Below, piece by piece: positions 36,717-46,980 of a stretch of 64,000 nt of DNA (positions within the stretch are counted from its first letter, which is position 1; each line of letters begins with the position of its first letter). Both the position numbers and the translations under genes were made by a program. Under the pieces are notes generated by a model, which was not told where the DNA came from, did not search any database, and saw only the letters and a program-made list of their open reading frames with translations. This DNA comes from Candidatus Omnitrophota bacterium (lineage in GTDB: Bacteria > Omnitrophota > Gorgyraeia > VGKH01 > JBHPFN01): assembly GCA_042571725.1 (NCBI GenBank), contig JBHPFN010000004.1:507-64506 (forward strand), read 5' to 3'.

Positions 36717-39071
36717 ATGTATAAACGTAAAGTTAAAAACTCAAATCTCAAAACTAAAACTCAAAACGCAAAATTTTCCGTTTTACGTTTTGGTTATGCA
36801 CTTTGCGTTTTAAGTTTTGCGCTTTTAACCTGTTTTGCATTTGCTCAGGAAGGTCTTTCTTCCAAAGAGTATGTAGCCAAGGCATGGGAGGTTTTGGGGC
36901 AGAAGAACTGGGAAGAACTTTTTGACCTTACCAATAAATGTATAGAAGAATATAAGGATGAAGCTGATACCCAGCAGGCATCTTTGAGTGAATGTCCGCC
37001 GAAGGGAGCAGAAGGTGTCCATCAGGAATTAAATGATGTGGCAACCTGTTATTTTATCCAGGGCGAGGCGTATATGCGCCAAGGGAAAAATGAAAAGGCA
37101 AAGAAAATTTTTCAGCATATCATTGATAATTATAAATTCGCACAGGCCTGGGATCCGCGCGGATGGTTTTGGTTGGTGGAGGAGAAGGCGCGCGTGACCA
37201 TCGATAAATTAGAAGGCAAGGTGGCAAAACCAGAAGTAAAGCCGAGGATTACTCGTAAAGCCACCCGTCTGGTGCTTAACAATCCAGGGACAGAAAGAAT
37301 CGTCAACTATAAAAAATACGGGACGTTTAAAAATATCGGCACTAAGGATTATCAATATGAAGTAATTAACCAGGCTGGCCTTATTGAAGCGGTGGGAGAC
37401 GGTATCTATCCGAATACCTCAGGGGTACGAAAAGACCCAGAATACAAAAAGGCACAAAAAGAGGGGCGGCTTGAAGGGAATCACTGGGATTATATGTATA
37501 CCGACGATCTAGCGGCTAATTTTTACAAATGGGCAATGTCAAATGAGCCGCCGGGGACAAAGTTGTTTTATACCGCCTTGGCATTAGAGAGGGCTGGTTT
37601 AATTGAGCAGGCAATAAAAGCCTACTATACTATTATAGTGCATTTTCCTGGTTCAACAGGATGGACCTATTGGCACACGCCATGGTATCCGGGCCAGGCA
37701 GCAATCGCTAAGGTCCGTTTTCTGGTTCGAAAATACCCCGAATTAGAGCTTCGGTTTGAGGGCGCGCGCATTAAGATAACAAATGGATTTGATAATGATA
37801 TCACTAACGATATTGTAATTGCCAATCCCGGGGTTTTAAGAAAGATTAATTTCTTTGATCGGCTCAAAGACCGATTTTTCCCTAAAGGAATCAGTTTCTT
37901 TAGTCAGGAAGAGATAAAGAAGGTTATCGGAGATGGCAAGGTACAGTTAGTGCAGTATAAAAATAATCATTGGCGGGTTATGATAGAAGGAAAACCCTTT
38001 GTGATAAAAGGGATTACCTATGCACCTACGCGCGTGGGGCAAAGTCCTGACGAAGGCACGCTGGCGAATTGGATGGTGGAGGATTCCGACAACAACGGTA
38101 AAATCGACGGGCCATATGATGTCTGGGTGGATAAGAACCGTAGCGGCAGGCAGGATGCGGATGAGCCGGTGGTGGGTGATTTTCAACTTCTTAAAGAGAT
38201 GGGCACTAACGTTATCAGGCTGTATAAACAGCCGCACGAGATTAAAAAAGAAGTTTTAAGGGATTTATATGAAAATTACGGCATCTATACTATGATCGGA
38301 GATTTCTTAGGTAAGTATGCCTTAGGATCCGGGGCAGGCTGGTATGAGGGCACCGATTACACCAATCCGGAGCATAAGAAGAATATGCTCGAGTCCGTCA
38401 GGCAAATGGTCATGAGACATAAAGACGAACCGTATACGCTGATGTGGCTTTTAGGCAATGAAAATAATTACGGGGTAGCCTGTAACGCGGATAAAAACCC
38501 CGAGGCCTATTTTAAATTTGTCAATGAGGCAGCACTCTTGATTAAGTCTTTGGATAAAGACCATCCTGTAGCGGTGGTAAACGGTGATACGTTATTTTTA
38601 GATATATTTGCTAAGTATTGCCCGGATGTCGATGCCTTTGGCGCCAATGCCTACCGGGGAGATTACGGCTTTGGTTCGTTCTGGGAACAGGTCAATGATG
38701 CAGCAGGCATCCCAGGGTTTATTACCGAATACGGCTGTCCTGCCCATGTGGATGGCAAGACTCCGGAAGAAGGCGAACAGGCGCAGGCAGATTATCACAA
38801 AGGGTGTTGGGATGATATCGCCTACAATATGTTTGGCGGTAAAGGTGAAGGCAATGCGATAGGAGGAGTGATTTATCAATGGTTAGATGAATGGTGGAAG
38901 GCATATGAGCCTTCTATGCACGATACCGCAGGATTATTCAGCGGTCCGTTTCCTGACGGCTATATGCATGAGGAGTGGCTAGGTATCTGCGGCCAGGGGC
39001 ACGGGGCGAGCAGCCCGTTTTTACGGGAGCTTCGCAAGAGCTATTTTGTATATCAGGCGTTATGGAGGTGA
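36717..39071 (+). CDS. Secreted glycoside hydrolase, clan GH-A TIM barrel (GH2/GH5-like) with an N-terminal TPR-like WFW module
   Basis: Signal peptide. LLKEMGTNVIRLY, WLLGNENNYG (acid/base NE) and GFITEYG (nucleophile E) motifs. Confidence 0.5.
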   Translation: MYKRKVKNSNLKTKTQNAKFSVLRFGYALCVLSFALLTCFAFAQEGLSSKEYVAKAWEVLGQKNWEELFDLTNKCIEEYKDEADTQQASLSECPPKGAEGVHQELNDVATCYFIQGEAYMRQGKNEKAKKIFQHIIDNYKFAQAWDPRGWFWLVEEKARVTIDKLEGKVAKPEVKPRITRKATRLVLNNPGTERIVNYKKYGTFKNIGTKDYQYEVINQAGLIEAVGDGIYPNTSGVRKDPEYKKAQKEGRLEGNHWDYMYTDDLAANFYKWAMSNEPPGTKLFYTALALERAGLIEQAIKAYYTIIVHFPGSTGWTYWHTPWYPGQAAIAKVRFLVRKYPELELRFEGARIKITNGFDNDITNDIVIANPGVLRKINFFDRLKDRFFPKGISFFSQEEIKKVIGDGKVQLVQYKNNHWRVMIEGKPFVIKGITYAPTRVGQSPDEGTLANWMVEDSDNNGKIDGPYDVWVDKNRSGRQDADEPVVGDFQLLKEMGTNVIRLYKQPHEIKKEVLRDLYENYGIYTMIGDFLGKYALGSGAGWYEGTDYTNPEHKKNMLESVRQMVMRHKDEPYTLMWLLGNENNYGVACNADKNPEAYFKFVNEAALLIKSLDKDHPVAVVNGDTLFLDIFAKYCPDVDAFGANAYRGDYGFGSFWEQVNDAAGIPGFITEYGCPAHVDGKTPEEGEQAQADYHKGCWDDIAYNMFGGKGEGNAIGGVIYQWLDEWWKAYEPSMHDTAGLFSGPFPDGYMHEEWLGICGQGHGASSPFLRELRKSYFVYQALWR

Positions 39072-39175
39072 GGTTGAAAAAAAGTAAAATGGATGGTATA
39101 CTTACTGTGCTAAAGCACATAAGCGGAACGAAGAAAAGGACAACTAACAAGGATGCGTTAAAAAGGAGGTCGGAT

Positions 39176-40114
39176 ATGAAAAAAACAGTCCTTTCGTTGT
39201 TGGTAATCGGTGCATTATGTATGATGATGCCCCTTGGAGTGTTCGCTCAAGAATATAACTTTGGCGATTACCGTTCAGTAACACTGGCCACTAAAGGCTG
39301 GCAGGCACTGGATAAGGGTGACATTGAGGCAGTACTTGCATACACTAATAAATGTATCGAACTGTATTCAAAAGAAGCAAAGAAGATGCAGGGAGGCTTA
39401 ACCGAATATGTTAAGAGCGCTGCAGAAGGCGGTTCTGACCAGGACGTCTTTAGTCTTTGGGCCTTAAATGATGTGGGCACCTGTTATTTTATCCAGGGCG
39501 AAGCATTCAGGAAGGCATCGATGTTTGAAGAGGCCAAGGAAGCATATACTACTTTGGTAAACGGGTATGCTTTTGCACAATGCTGGGATTCGAAGGGTTG
39601 GTTCTGGAAACCTGCAGAAGCTGCAAAAGAGAAGTTAGAAATGTTTGTATCAGGAAAGGATTACGATTTCGGCGACTATACGTCTCAAACACTTACCACC
39701 AAGGCATGGGGAGCGTTTAACGCCGGCGATTTAAATATGGCCTTGATGTATACTGATAAATGTATCGAGCTTTACCAGGATAAAGCAAAAGAGATGCAGG
39801 CATCACTCGATGGTTATCCTTGGGAGAGCAACGAAGAAGTTTTTTCTTATTGGGCACTTAATGATGTCGGAACTTGTTTCTTCATTAAAGGTGATATGCT
39901 TCGTCAGGCTGGAAAGATACAGGAGGCAAAAGAGGCATTTAATACCTTGATGGATGAATTTAAATATGCGCAAAGCTGGGACCCTAATGGTTGGTTCTGG
40001 AAGCCTGCTGATGCCGCGCGCGAGCGGTTACTTGAGATAGAAGATGTCGCTTCGACAGAAGCGGTTGATCAAGCATTAGAAAAGGCCGAGGGAGAAGTAG
40101 AAGCAGCAGAATAA
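39176..40114 (+). CDS. Secreted protein with two tandem TPR-like WFW modules
   Basis: AAGGAGG at 39163-69 precedes ATG 39176. Signal peptide MKKTVLSLLVIGALCMMMPLGVFA. Two about 125-aa internal repeats ending in GWFWKPA. Confidence 0.65.
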   Translation: MKKTVLSLLVIGALCMMMPLGVFAQEYNFGDYRSVTLATKGWQALDKGDIEAVLAYTNKCIELYSKEAKKMQGGLTEYVKSAAEGGSDQDVFSLWALNDVGTCYFIQGEAFRKASMFEEAKEAYTTLVNGYAFAQCWDSKGWFWKPAEAAKEKLEMFVSGKDYDFGDYTSQTLTTKAWGAFNAGDLNMALMYTDKCIELYQDKAKEMQASLDGYPWESNEEVFSYWALNDVGTCFFIKGDMLRQAGKIQEAKEAFNTLMDEFKYAQSWDPNGWFWKPADAARERLLEIEDVASTEAVDQALEKAEGEVEAAE

Positions 40115-40189
40115 TCAATACGAATTGCAGCATTAATTTTAGAGAGTGCAGTTAAGGAATTGCTGTGTAAAGAGGAGGTAATAGAATAA

Positions 40190-40840
40190 GTGAAAAAACT
40201 CTTATTTTTGGTAGTGGCAGTATTTCTTAGTGTGGTAGTTGGCTGTGGCAAATACGCTGACGAAGAAAAGGCTCTTGAGGTTTCAGAGGAGCCAGGCGGG
40301 AGTTCGGTTGCCATGGCAGAGGAATTTCGCCTTTTCGGAGTGTATATCGATAAAGGTTCCGGAGAGAATCATTTTATTCCTTCCGGCTGGATGGGGGATG
40401 TTAATGATGTGGAGTTTAGCGATATGTCCAGAGAAAACCCTCATTCCGGAAAGACCTGTATTAAGGTTGTATACTTGCCGAATGCATCCGGAGGAAACCG
40501 TTGGGTAGGCATCTATTGGCAATCCACCGCGAATAACTGGGGCAATAAAAAGGGAGGTTATGATTTAACCGGCGCGACCAAGCTTACCTTTTGGGCCCGA
40601 GGAGATAAAGGCGGAGAGCGGGTTGAAGAGTTTAAGCTCGGCGGCATTACCGGCACGTATCCCGATTCTGATATTGCCGGAATCGGCCCGGTTATCTTAA
40701 CCAACGAATGGCAGGAATACAAGATTGACCTGGGAGGCAAAGATCTATCGTATATTAACGGCGGATTCGGTTGGGCAACTAACCTTGATGTGAATCCTGA
40801 AGGATGCACGTTTTATATTGACGACATAGTATACGAATAG
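40190..40840 (+). CDS. Lipoprotein with a CBM/jelly-roll-like carbohydrate-binding domain (tentative)
   Basis: MKKLLFLVVAVFLSVVVGC lipobox. Beta-rich, W/G/N-rich sequence. Sits in the glycan cluster. Confidence 0.35.
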   Translation: MKKLLFLVVAVFLSVVVGCGKYADEEKALEVSEEPGGSSVAMAEEFRLFGVYIDKGSGENHFIPSGWMGDVNDVEFSDMSRENPHSGKTCIKVVYLPNASGGNRWVGIYWQSTANNWGNKKGGYDLTGATKLTFWARGDKGGERVEEFKLGGITGTYPDSDIAGIGPVILTNEWQEYKIDLGGKDLSYINGGFGWATNLDVNPEGCTFYIDDIVYE

Positions 40841-41147
40841 ACCGCGCTTTGTTTTGACTATTGCGGGAAGAAGACTTTAAAAAAGTTTTTTTCCCGTTTT
40901 TTTGTTGCCATCGTCTTATCAGGCCCTAACGAAAAAGAAAATTTTTTAAAAAAGATATGGAATTCGGAAATTTGTTTGCTATAATAAAACAAAAGTCAAA
41001 ACTCTGTATTATTATTTGAGTTACGGAGAAAAAGTAATTATTTTTGTATTCATCTAAGAATTACCAGCCTTAGCAGTAAACATTGCTACTATCGAGAACG
41101 TAAAGAGATGTTGTTCTGTAAGCCACGGAGGAAGGAAATGGTTATAG

Positions 41148-42392
41148 ATGAAACCCTTAAGCTTAAGGGAGGAGATGCTTAATGAGCGGCAGCGTAAGAA
41201 TCTCTCTATCTTAGAAGCGATAAAGCGCTTCGGCCCCGTGAGTAAAACAGATATCGGCAAGCTTTCTGGTTTGAATATCGTTACCGTAACTAACTATATC
41301 GATCATTTTTTACGTTCTAACATCGTGTTTGAAAAAGAGTTAGATATTTCCACCGGCGGCAGGCGGCCGGTATTGCTGGATTTAAACGATAGGGCAGGAT
41401 ATGCTATCGGCATAGGGATGAACCTATTAAATACGGTAGGGGTTGTTACCGATTTCGACGGTACCGTAGTTCATCGGGTGGAAAAAGAGTCTTTGGATTT
41501 AAGCTCAAAAGAAATAGCGCAGTCGCTTATAGAGGTTATTCGGCAGTTATTAAACGCAAATGCAATAAGCAAAGATAAGATACAAGGTGTCGGAATTGGC
41601 CTTGCCGGAGTGGTGAATAATAAGACAGGCTCGGTGCGTTGGCCGGAAAAGTTAGCAGGCAGCAATTGTTCATATGCTTCAGTGTATCTGCCTCTGCGCG
41701 ATATGATAAAGAATGAGTTTGGTCTTTCATGCACGCTGGAGAACGATGCTACGGTTGCCTGTTTTGGAGAACAGTGGTTGGGGATGGATGCCGATGTAGA
41801 GAATCTGATTTATATGTTTTCCGGAGTTGGCTGCGGCATAATGATTAATAGAGAGATTTACCGTGGTACTACTGGTAGCGCAGGAGAGCTTTCAATTCAT
41901 AATGCAAAAGATGACCTTCCCTCAAAATGTGATTTTGGCTCTCCCTGTTTAATGAAGCGCTGGGAAGCAGACTTAGGCCTGGTGAATGAGGCTAAGGTGA
42001 TTTTAGGCGGCAAGGGCGCTTCAAAATACAAGGACAGCAAAATCATGGAGTTAGCAGGGGCAGAGACAGATTCTATTAAGCTTATGCATATCTTTGAAGC
42101 TGCAAAACAGAACGATGCTCTTGCGGGAATTTTAGTGGAACGCGCCGGAAAACTATTGGGGATAAAAATTGCTTATTTAGTGAATCTTTTGAATCCTCAG
42201 CTGGTGATTATCGGAGGTGGCATCGAAAAAGCAGGAGACAAATTGCTCGATGCGGTAAAAGAAACGGTATCGCGCTGGGCATTTGAGGATACGGCGGGTG
42301 CGGTAAAAATTATCCCTTCGAGATTCGGCGAAGATTCCGTAGCCCTCGGTGCGGCCAGCTTGGTTGTGCGTAACATTTTTACCCAAATTTGA
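41148..42392 (+). CDS. ROK-family transcriptional regulator (wHTH + sugar-kinase fold)
   Basis: N-terminal wHTH (ILEAIKRFGPVSKTDIGKLSGLNIVTVTNYIDHF), then GIGLAGVVN, ENDATVACFGE and GAASLV motifs of ROK proteins. Alternative start ATG 41175. Confidence 0.75.
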   Translation: MKPLSLREEMLNERQRKNLSILEAIKRFGPVSKTDIGKLSGLNIVTVTNYIDHFLRSNIVFEKELDISTGGRRPVLLDLNDRAGYAIGIGMNLLNTVGVVTDFDGTVVHRVEKESLDLSSKEIAQSLIEVIRQLLNANAISKDKIQGVGIGLAGVVNNKTGSVRWPEKLAGSNCSYASVYLPLRDMIKNEFGLSCTLENDATVACFGEQWLGMDADVENLIYMFSGVGCGIMINREIYRGTTGSAGELSIHNAKDDLPSKCDFGSPCLMKRWEADLGLVNEAKVILGGKGASKYKDSKIMELAGAETDSIKLMHIFEAAKQNDALAGILVERAGKLLGIKIAYLVNLLNPQLVIIGGGIEKAGDKLLDAVKETVSRWAFEDTAGAVKIIPSRFGEDSVALGAASLVVRNIFTQI

Positions 42393-42533
42393 TTGTAGTT
42401 ATTAAATTTATATTAAATTTATCTTGAATTAGCAGAGTAAGTATGTTATATCATAAGAAAAGTGTAAGTACTTCTGTTGTTTATATTTCTCTACTCTTTA
42501 TAAAGCATTGCAATTTATAAAGGAGGATAATAC

Positions 42534-43736
42534 ATGGGTGCCTCAAAGGTATTAATAATTGTTTTAGGCGCGATACTGGTGGTGATGCTTATCTTTTCTC
42601 TTCAGACGTATAGCTCAAAACAGAGCCTTATGGGGCAATATCAAAGTTTAAAGCAGAGCGTTCAAGGTCAGCGGGATGAACTGGAGGCTCGCATCAACGG
42701 TTTGCAGCAGGAAAAGGTTAAATTACAGGATAGCGTGGGAAGAATTCAAAAGCAATTAGATGGTATTGCCACAGAGAGAAACGAATGGAAGAATAAATAT
42801 GAGGTTGTCTCGAGGGAAAAAGAGGACCTTATAAAGAAAATAAAAACAATGCCTACCACAGTCACACCTCAACCGGTTGCCCCGACAGCAGCACCGGTGG
42901 TATCTGGTGAGCCTCAACCAGGAGAAGATGCGTATTGGGCTAAATTGATACGTGATAAGAAAGCACTTGAATTAAAGTTGCAAGAATTAAAATCAGAGCT
43001 CAATCAGCAGCTCGTGCGATTCGGAGAGGTAAAGAGGTCGCACGCAGAAGTTGAGCTGGAGTTGGGTAAAGTGCAGCAAGAGAAGAATGAATTAGAGCGT
43101 AAGCTGCGTTTTAGCAAGCAGGTATCTAAGAACATTTCTTTGGAGTTAGTAACCGAAAAGAACGATAAGAAGTTAATGAAAGATGAATATAGTAGAATGA
43201 AAGCAGATAATTCGTCTTTGCGTAGAAACGTAAAAGAGCTTGCTTCTTCGAAACAATCATTGGAAAAGGGCTTAAATGAGCTGGAAGAGCAAAAAATAAA
43301 ATTGCAAAAGCGCATAGCCGATACTGAAGGCTTGGTGCGCAGCAGGCTTAACGATTTGTTGAGGCTTAAAGACGAAGTCGATATGATTTACGATGGAAGA
43401 GAAGAGGGCGAGGGTGAATATTCGTCAGTTGAGCTTCCTCCGATTGTAGTCCGGGCGCAACACGGAACAGCAGGCCCTACCAGTCCAGCGACCGCTACTC
43501 AGCTTAAGCCGCCGAAAGAATTAAGCGGTAAGATCATCTCTATTAATAAAGACAATAATTTTGCGATTGTTGATTTGGGCGAAGAAGAAGGCGTTATGAT
43601 GGGCAGGATTTTTAAAGTATATCGGGGTGAGGCTTCGGTAGGAACGCTTGAGGTAATCCAAACTCGTCGTGATATTTCTGCTGCTGATATTAAGGATGGA
43701 GTAGAAAAGATACAAGTGGGAGATTTAGTACGTTAG
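42534..43736 (+). CDS. Membrane-anchored coiled-coil protein, unknown function
   Basis: N-terminal TM helix, about 270 aa of heptad-rich K/E/L/Q sequence, small C-terminal beta domain. Confidence 0.5.
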   Translation: MGASKVLIIVLGAILVVMLIFSLQTYSSKQSLMGQYQSLKQSVQGQRDELEARINGLQQEKVKLQDSVGRIQKQLDGIATERNEWKNKYEVVSREKEDLIKKIKTMPTTVTPQPVAPTAAPVVSGEPQPGEDAYWAKLIRDKKALELKLQELKSELNQQLVRFGEVKRSHAEVELELGKVQQEKNELERKLRFSKQVSKNISLELVTEKNDKKLMKDEYSRMKADNSSLRRNVKELASSKQSLEKGLNELEEQKIKLQKRIADTEGLVRSRLNDLLRLKDEVDMIYDGREEGEGEYSSVELPPIVVRAQHGTAGPTSPATATQLKPPKELSGKIISINKDNNFAIVDLGEEEGVMMGRIFKVYRGEASVGTLEVIQTRRDISAADIKDGVEKIQVGDLVR

Positions 43737-43779
43737 TTTTTCCGTAATCAAGTAAACATTCAAGACAAGCAAAACATAC

Positions 43780-44778
43780 GTGACACAGAAAAGAATTCGA
43801 ATCGAAGATGTTGCAGAGGCCGCAGGAGTTTCGGTAACTACGGTTTCTCGCGTCATTAATAAAGTTCCTACCGTCAATGAAGCCAATCGACGTAAAGTCG
43901 AGGAAGCAGTCCGCCGTTTAAAATTCAAACCTCATGCGATTGCCCAGCGTTTAGCCAGTGGCACTAATCGGACCGTTGCGCTGGTAATCCCACGCTACGA
44001 AGGTATATTTCATTCTTTCTATGCAATGGAGCTTATCCGCGGCGTAGGGAGTGTCTGCGAGAGCCTCAAACTAGATCTTTTATTCCATATCACCGATAGT
44101 CGCGCAGATTTAAATATCTCTTCGGTTGGTGGTGTTATTTTCTCTGATATTATCGGTAACGAAAAGCAGCTAAAGCAGGCGCAGGAAGAAGAGGTTCCCT
44201 GCATTGTGGTAAACCATGCGGTGGAAACCAAAGATGTAAATTTTGTTGCTGCTGATAACGTCGCAGGTGCCAATGCAGCGATAGATCATTTGCTCCATTC
44301 AGGGCATAAGAGGATTGCAACGATTACCGGAGATCTCATCACGCAGTGCGCCCGGCAGAGGCTTGACGGTTACAAACAGGCGCTCAATAAAAAGAAAATT
44401 CCAGTAAAAGAACAATATATCATCAAGGGAGATTATTCCAGGCGTTCAGCTCGACACGCAACAGAGAAATTGCTTACGTTAAAAGAGCCGCCTTCTGCGA
44501 TTTTTGCTGCTAGTGACGACATGGCGCTCGAGGCGATTGCGGTGATTCTTGAAAAGAATCTTAAGGTCCCCGAAGACATTTCCGTAATCGGATTTGATGA
44601 TAATCCTGCTTCCCTTTACGGCCCTGTGCCGTTGACTACAGTAAAACAGCCGATATTCATCATGGCACAAGAGGCGGGTAAGGAATTAAATAAAATTATT
44701 AGCGGCAAGACAAAAGCTACGGTACAAAAAATACTTCCCACTGAGCTCGTAATACGAGATTCCTGCGCTCATATCTAA
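43780..44778 (+). CDS. LacI-family transcriptional regulator
   Basis: IEDVAEAAGVSVTTVSRVINK HTH plus a periplasmic-binding-fold effector domain. Confidence 0.85.
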   Translation: MTQKRIRIEDVAEAAGVSVTTVSRVINKVPTVNEANRRKVEEAVRRLKFKPHAIAQRLASGTNRTVALVIPRYEGIFHSFYAMELIRGVGSVCESLKLDLLFHITDSRADLNISSVGGVIFSDIIGNEKQLKQAQEEEVPCIVVNHAVETKDVNFVAADNVAGANAAIDHLLHSGHKRIATITGDLITQCARQRLDGYKQALNKKKIPVKEQYIIKGDYSRRSARHATEKLLTLKEPPSAIFAASDDMALEAIAVILEKNLKVPEDISVIGFDDNPASLYGPVPLTTVKQPIFIMAQEAGKELNKIISGKTKATVQKILPTELVIRDSCAHI

Positions 44779-44799
44779 CTTTTCTTTAAGAGGACAAAA

Positions 44800-45846
44800 G
44801 TGCGTAACGATATTTTTCAAAAAAAGCAATGCATCGCATCTGCAATTGGAAGTATGTCTCTTAAGGACCCTGAGGAAGCATGTGGTTTTATTATTGAGAC
44901 ATTTCAGAACGATCTTATCTTCTGGCCTCAGCTGCCGAGGCGTTCATTCTACGAAAATATGTATGTGCAGTATTCAGAAGGCTTACCCGGTGTGGTTATC
45001 GATGAGAAGAATCAACGAATTTTTGTCGATACCTCTGCAGAGAAATTCATGCAAGAGTTGGAGGCAAGTTATCAGGCGTACGAACAGAATGATATTGACT
45101 ATTTTTCTATGAGTCAAAAGTGTGCCTCTGGTCTTTACGCTATGCTTCGGCTGTTGCCAAAGCTTACCAGCTTTTCTGCAATCAAGGGGCAGGTAATCGG
45201 CCCGATAAGCTTTGCGCTTTCGGTGACCGATCAAGATAAACAACCGCTTATGTATAACGCGGATGTATTTGAGATTATTACCAAGACCTTGGCAATGAAG
45301 GCTCGGTGGCAGATACGAAAACTTAAAGAAAGCAATGCACTATTGCGTACCACGGTTGTATTTATCGACGAGCCATATTTGGTTTCTATCGGAAGTAGCT
45401 TTGTTGCTTTAAAAAAGGAGCAGGTAATCTCAAGCATCAATGCAGTGATCAAAGCAATCCATGAAGAAGGTGCCCTTGCAGGAATTCATTGCTGCGGCAA
45501 TACCGACTGGTCGATTGTGTTAGAGACCGACTTGGATATTTTGAATTTCGATGCGTATAGCTATGCTGAAAATCTTTTTTTGTACAAAGATGTCTTAAAA
45601 TCATTTGTCGATAGAAAAGGGATTATCGCCTGGGGCATTGTGCCTACTTCGCAGGATGTAGAACTTAATGAGGGCAGCGCTAAGAAGCTCGTTGAAAAAC
45701 TTACCACTCTCTCAAAAGAAAAAAATATATCACTCACTCGGTGTTTGATTACGCCCAGCTGTGGATGCGGAAGCATTACATCCGATGAATTAAACATATT
45801 GATACATGCACTTACCGTTAAAACCGCCAATCTGTTGTCACGTTAA
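44800..45846 (+). CDS. MetE-C-terminal/URO-D-like (cobalamin-independent methyltransferase fold) family protein, tentative
   Basis: IKGQVIGPISFAL, VVFIDEPYL and GIHCCGNTDW resemble the Meth_synt_2-type pattern. Confidence 0.35.
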   Translation: MRNDIFQKKQCIASAIGSMSLKDPEEACGFIIETFQNDLIFWPQLPRRSFYENMYVQYSEGLPGVVIDEKNQRIFVDTSAEKFMQELEASYQAYEQNDIDYFSMSQKCASGLYAMLRLLPKLTSFSAIKGQVIGPISFALSVTDQDKQPLMYNADVFEIITKTLAMKARWQIRKLKESNALLRTTVVFIDEPYLVSIGSSFVALKKEQVISSINAVIKAIHEEGALAGIHCCGNTDWSIVLETDLDILNFDAYSYAENLFLYKDVLKSFVDRKGIIAWGIVPTSQDVELNEGSAKKLVEKLTTLSKEKNISLTRCLITPSCGCGSITSDELNILIHALTVKTANLLSR

Positions 45847-45854
45847 AATTCTAT

Positions 45855-45883
45855 TTGACAATTATTTTCTTTCGCTGTAGTAT
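45855..45883 (+). promoter_or_regulatory. Candidate sigma70 promoter for the riboswitch-btuF transcript
   Basis: TTGACA (45855-60), 17-nt spacer, TAGTAT (45878-83). Confidence 0.4.
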
Positions 45884-45896
45884 AAAGCAGTTGTTC

Positions 45897-46075
45897 TTTT
45901 GTGAGAAACGATAAAGGGAATTCGGTGAAAATCCGAAACTGCCCCCGCAACTGTAAGTAGCAAAAGAAAGCGGTAGTCACTGGGATAGTCGGTTTAAAAA
46001 GCTGCTATTCTGGGAAGGCACGCTAGAGTCAAAACGCTACAAGTCAGGAGACCTGAAAGCAATCTCCGGGGTGAG
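45897..46075 (+). promoter_or_regulatory. Cobalamin (B12) riboswitch 1
   Basis: AAAGGGAA...GGTGAAAATCC...GCCCCCGCAACTGTAA core and B12 box aagtcaggagacctg at 46041-46055. Upstream of the btuF-like gene. Confidence 0.8.
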
Positions 46076-46098
46076 AGGGAACAAAAAGTATGGCTATT

Positions 46099-46132
46099 AC
46101 CCAATCTCTACTTACGGAGATTGGGTTTTTTT
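46099..46132 (+). terminator. Riboswitch 1 expression-platform terminator
   Basis: acccaatctc (46099-108) pairs perfectly with gagattgggt (46117-126). T7 run ends 1 nt before ATG 46133. Confidence 0.7.
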
Positions 46133-46978
46133 ATGAAAAAATATCTTATCATTACAATCACAGCTTTATTACTTGTCGGCAATCAAAGCAAAAGCTTATT
46201 CGCTGAACAAAGAACACAGAGAATTATTTCTCTCACCCCCGCAACCACAGAGATTTTATTTAGCTTAAGCTTGGATGATCAGATTATTGGGGTAACCACT
46301 TTTTGCAATTATCCTCCTGAGGCCATTACAAAAGAAAAGGTAGGGACATTCAGCCAGCCGAATATCGAAAAGATTGTTTTGTTAAAACCTGATATTATCT
46401 TTGCCACAGGCCTTGAGCAGGCGCATACCGTTGAGAGGCTTAGGCAGCTACAATTACGCGTGGTGGTTAGCCATCCTGCGACAATCGATGAGTTATTTAG
46501 TTCAATCGCAGAGATTGGAACGGTTACCCATCGGGAAAAAGAAGCCCAGGGGATAATCGATGCGATGAAAAAGAAGATTGAAGTTATTGCAGCAAACGTA
46601 GCGCATATCGCACAAGAGGAAAAACCAGAGGTGTTTATTGAGATTTGGCATGATCCCTTGATGACTGCAGGCAAGGGTTCGTTTGTGGATGAATTAATTA
46701 CCCTGGCAGGAGGAATTAACATTGCAGGCGACACCCCCCGGCCTTACAGTTATTTTAGCGCTGAACAAGTAATTATCCGCAACCCCGACTGTATTATCCT
46801 TGGCTATATGGATAGCGAGCAAGGCGCTGGTATTGCGCATCGATTGGGATGGGGTGATATTAAAGCAGTGCAACGCAATCGGGTCTATAGCGATATTGAT
46901 CCCGATGTATTATTGCGTCCCGGACCTAGGTTAGCCCAGGGCCTCTACGAGCTTCACCAGAGATTCTACGCCCAATAA
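46133..46978 (+). CDS. btuF: Cobalamin/siderophore-type periplasmic binding protein (BtuF-like)
   Basis: Signal peptide, then RIISLTPATTEILFSLSL and IIFATG motifs of cluster-A (FecB/BtuF) SBPs. Follows a B12 riboswitch. Start at ATG 46133, not TTG 46121, which lies inside the terminator stem. Confidence 0.7.
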   Translation: MKKYLIITITALLLVGNQSKSLFAEQRTQRIISLTPATTEILFSLSLDDQIIGVTTFCNYPPEAITKEKVGTFSQPNIEKIVLLKPDIIFATGLEQAHTVERLRQLQLRVVVSHPATIDELFSSIAEIGTVTHREKEAQGIIDAMKKKIEVIAANVAHIAQEEKPEVFIEIWHDPLMTAGKGSFVDELITLAGGINIAGDTPRPYSYFSAEQVIIRNPDCIILGYMDSEQGAGIAHRLGWGDIKAVQRNRVYSDIDPDVLLRPGPRLAQGLYELHQRFYAQ

Positions 46979-46980
46979 TT

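Noticed and set aside
38975-39175. Upstream extension of the TPR-like gene (track ORF starts at 38975, overlapping the hydrolase gene by 97 nt)
   Set aside because: A strong AAGGAGG RBS and a canonical signal peptide begin at ATG 39176. The extension overlaps the preceding CDS and has no signal.
46121-46132. TTG 46121 start for btuF (MGFFMKK...)
   Set aside because: These codons lie within the terminator stem and T-run. ATG 46133 gives a normal MKKYL signal peptide.
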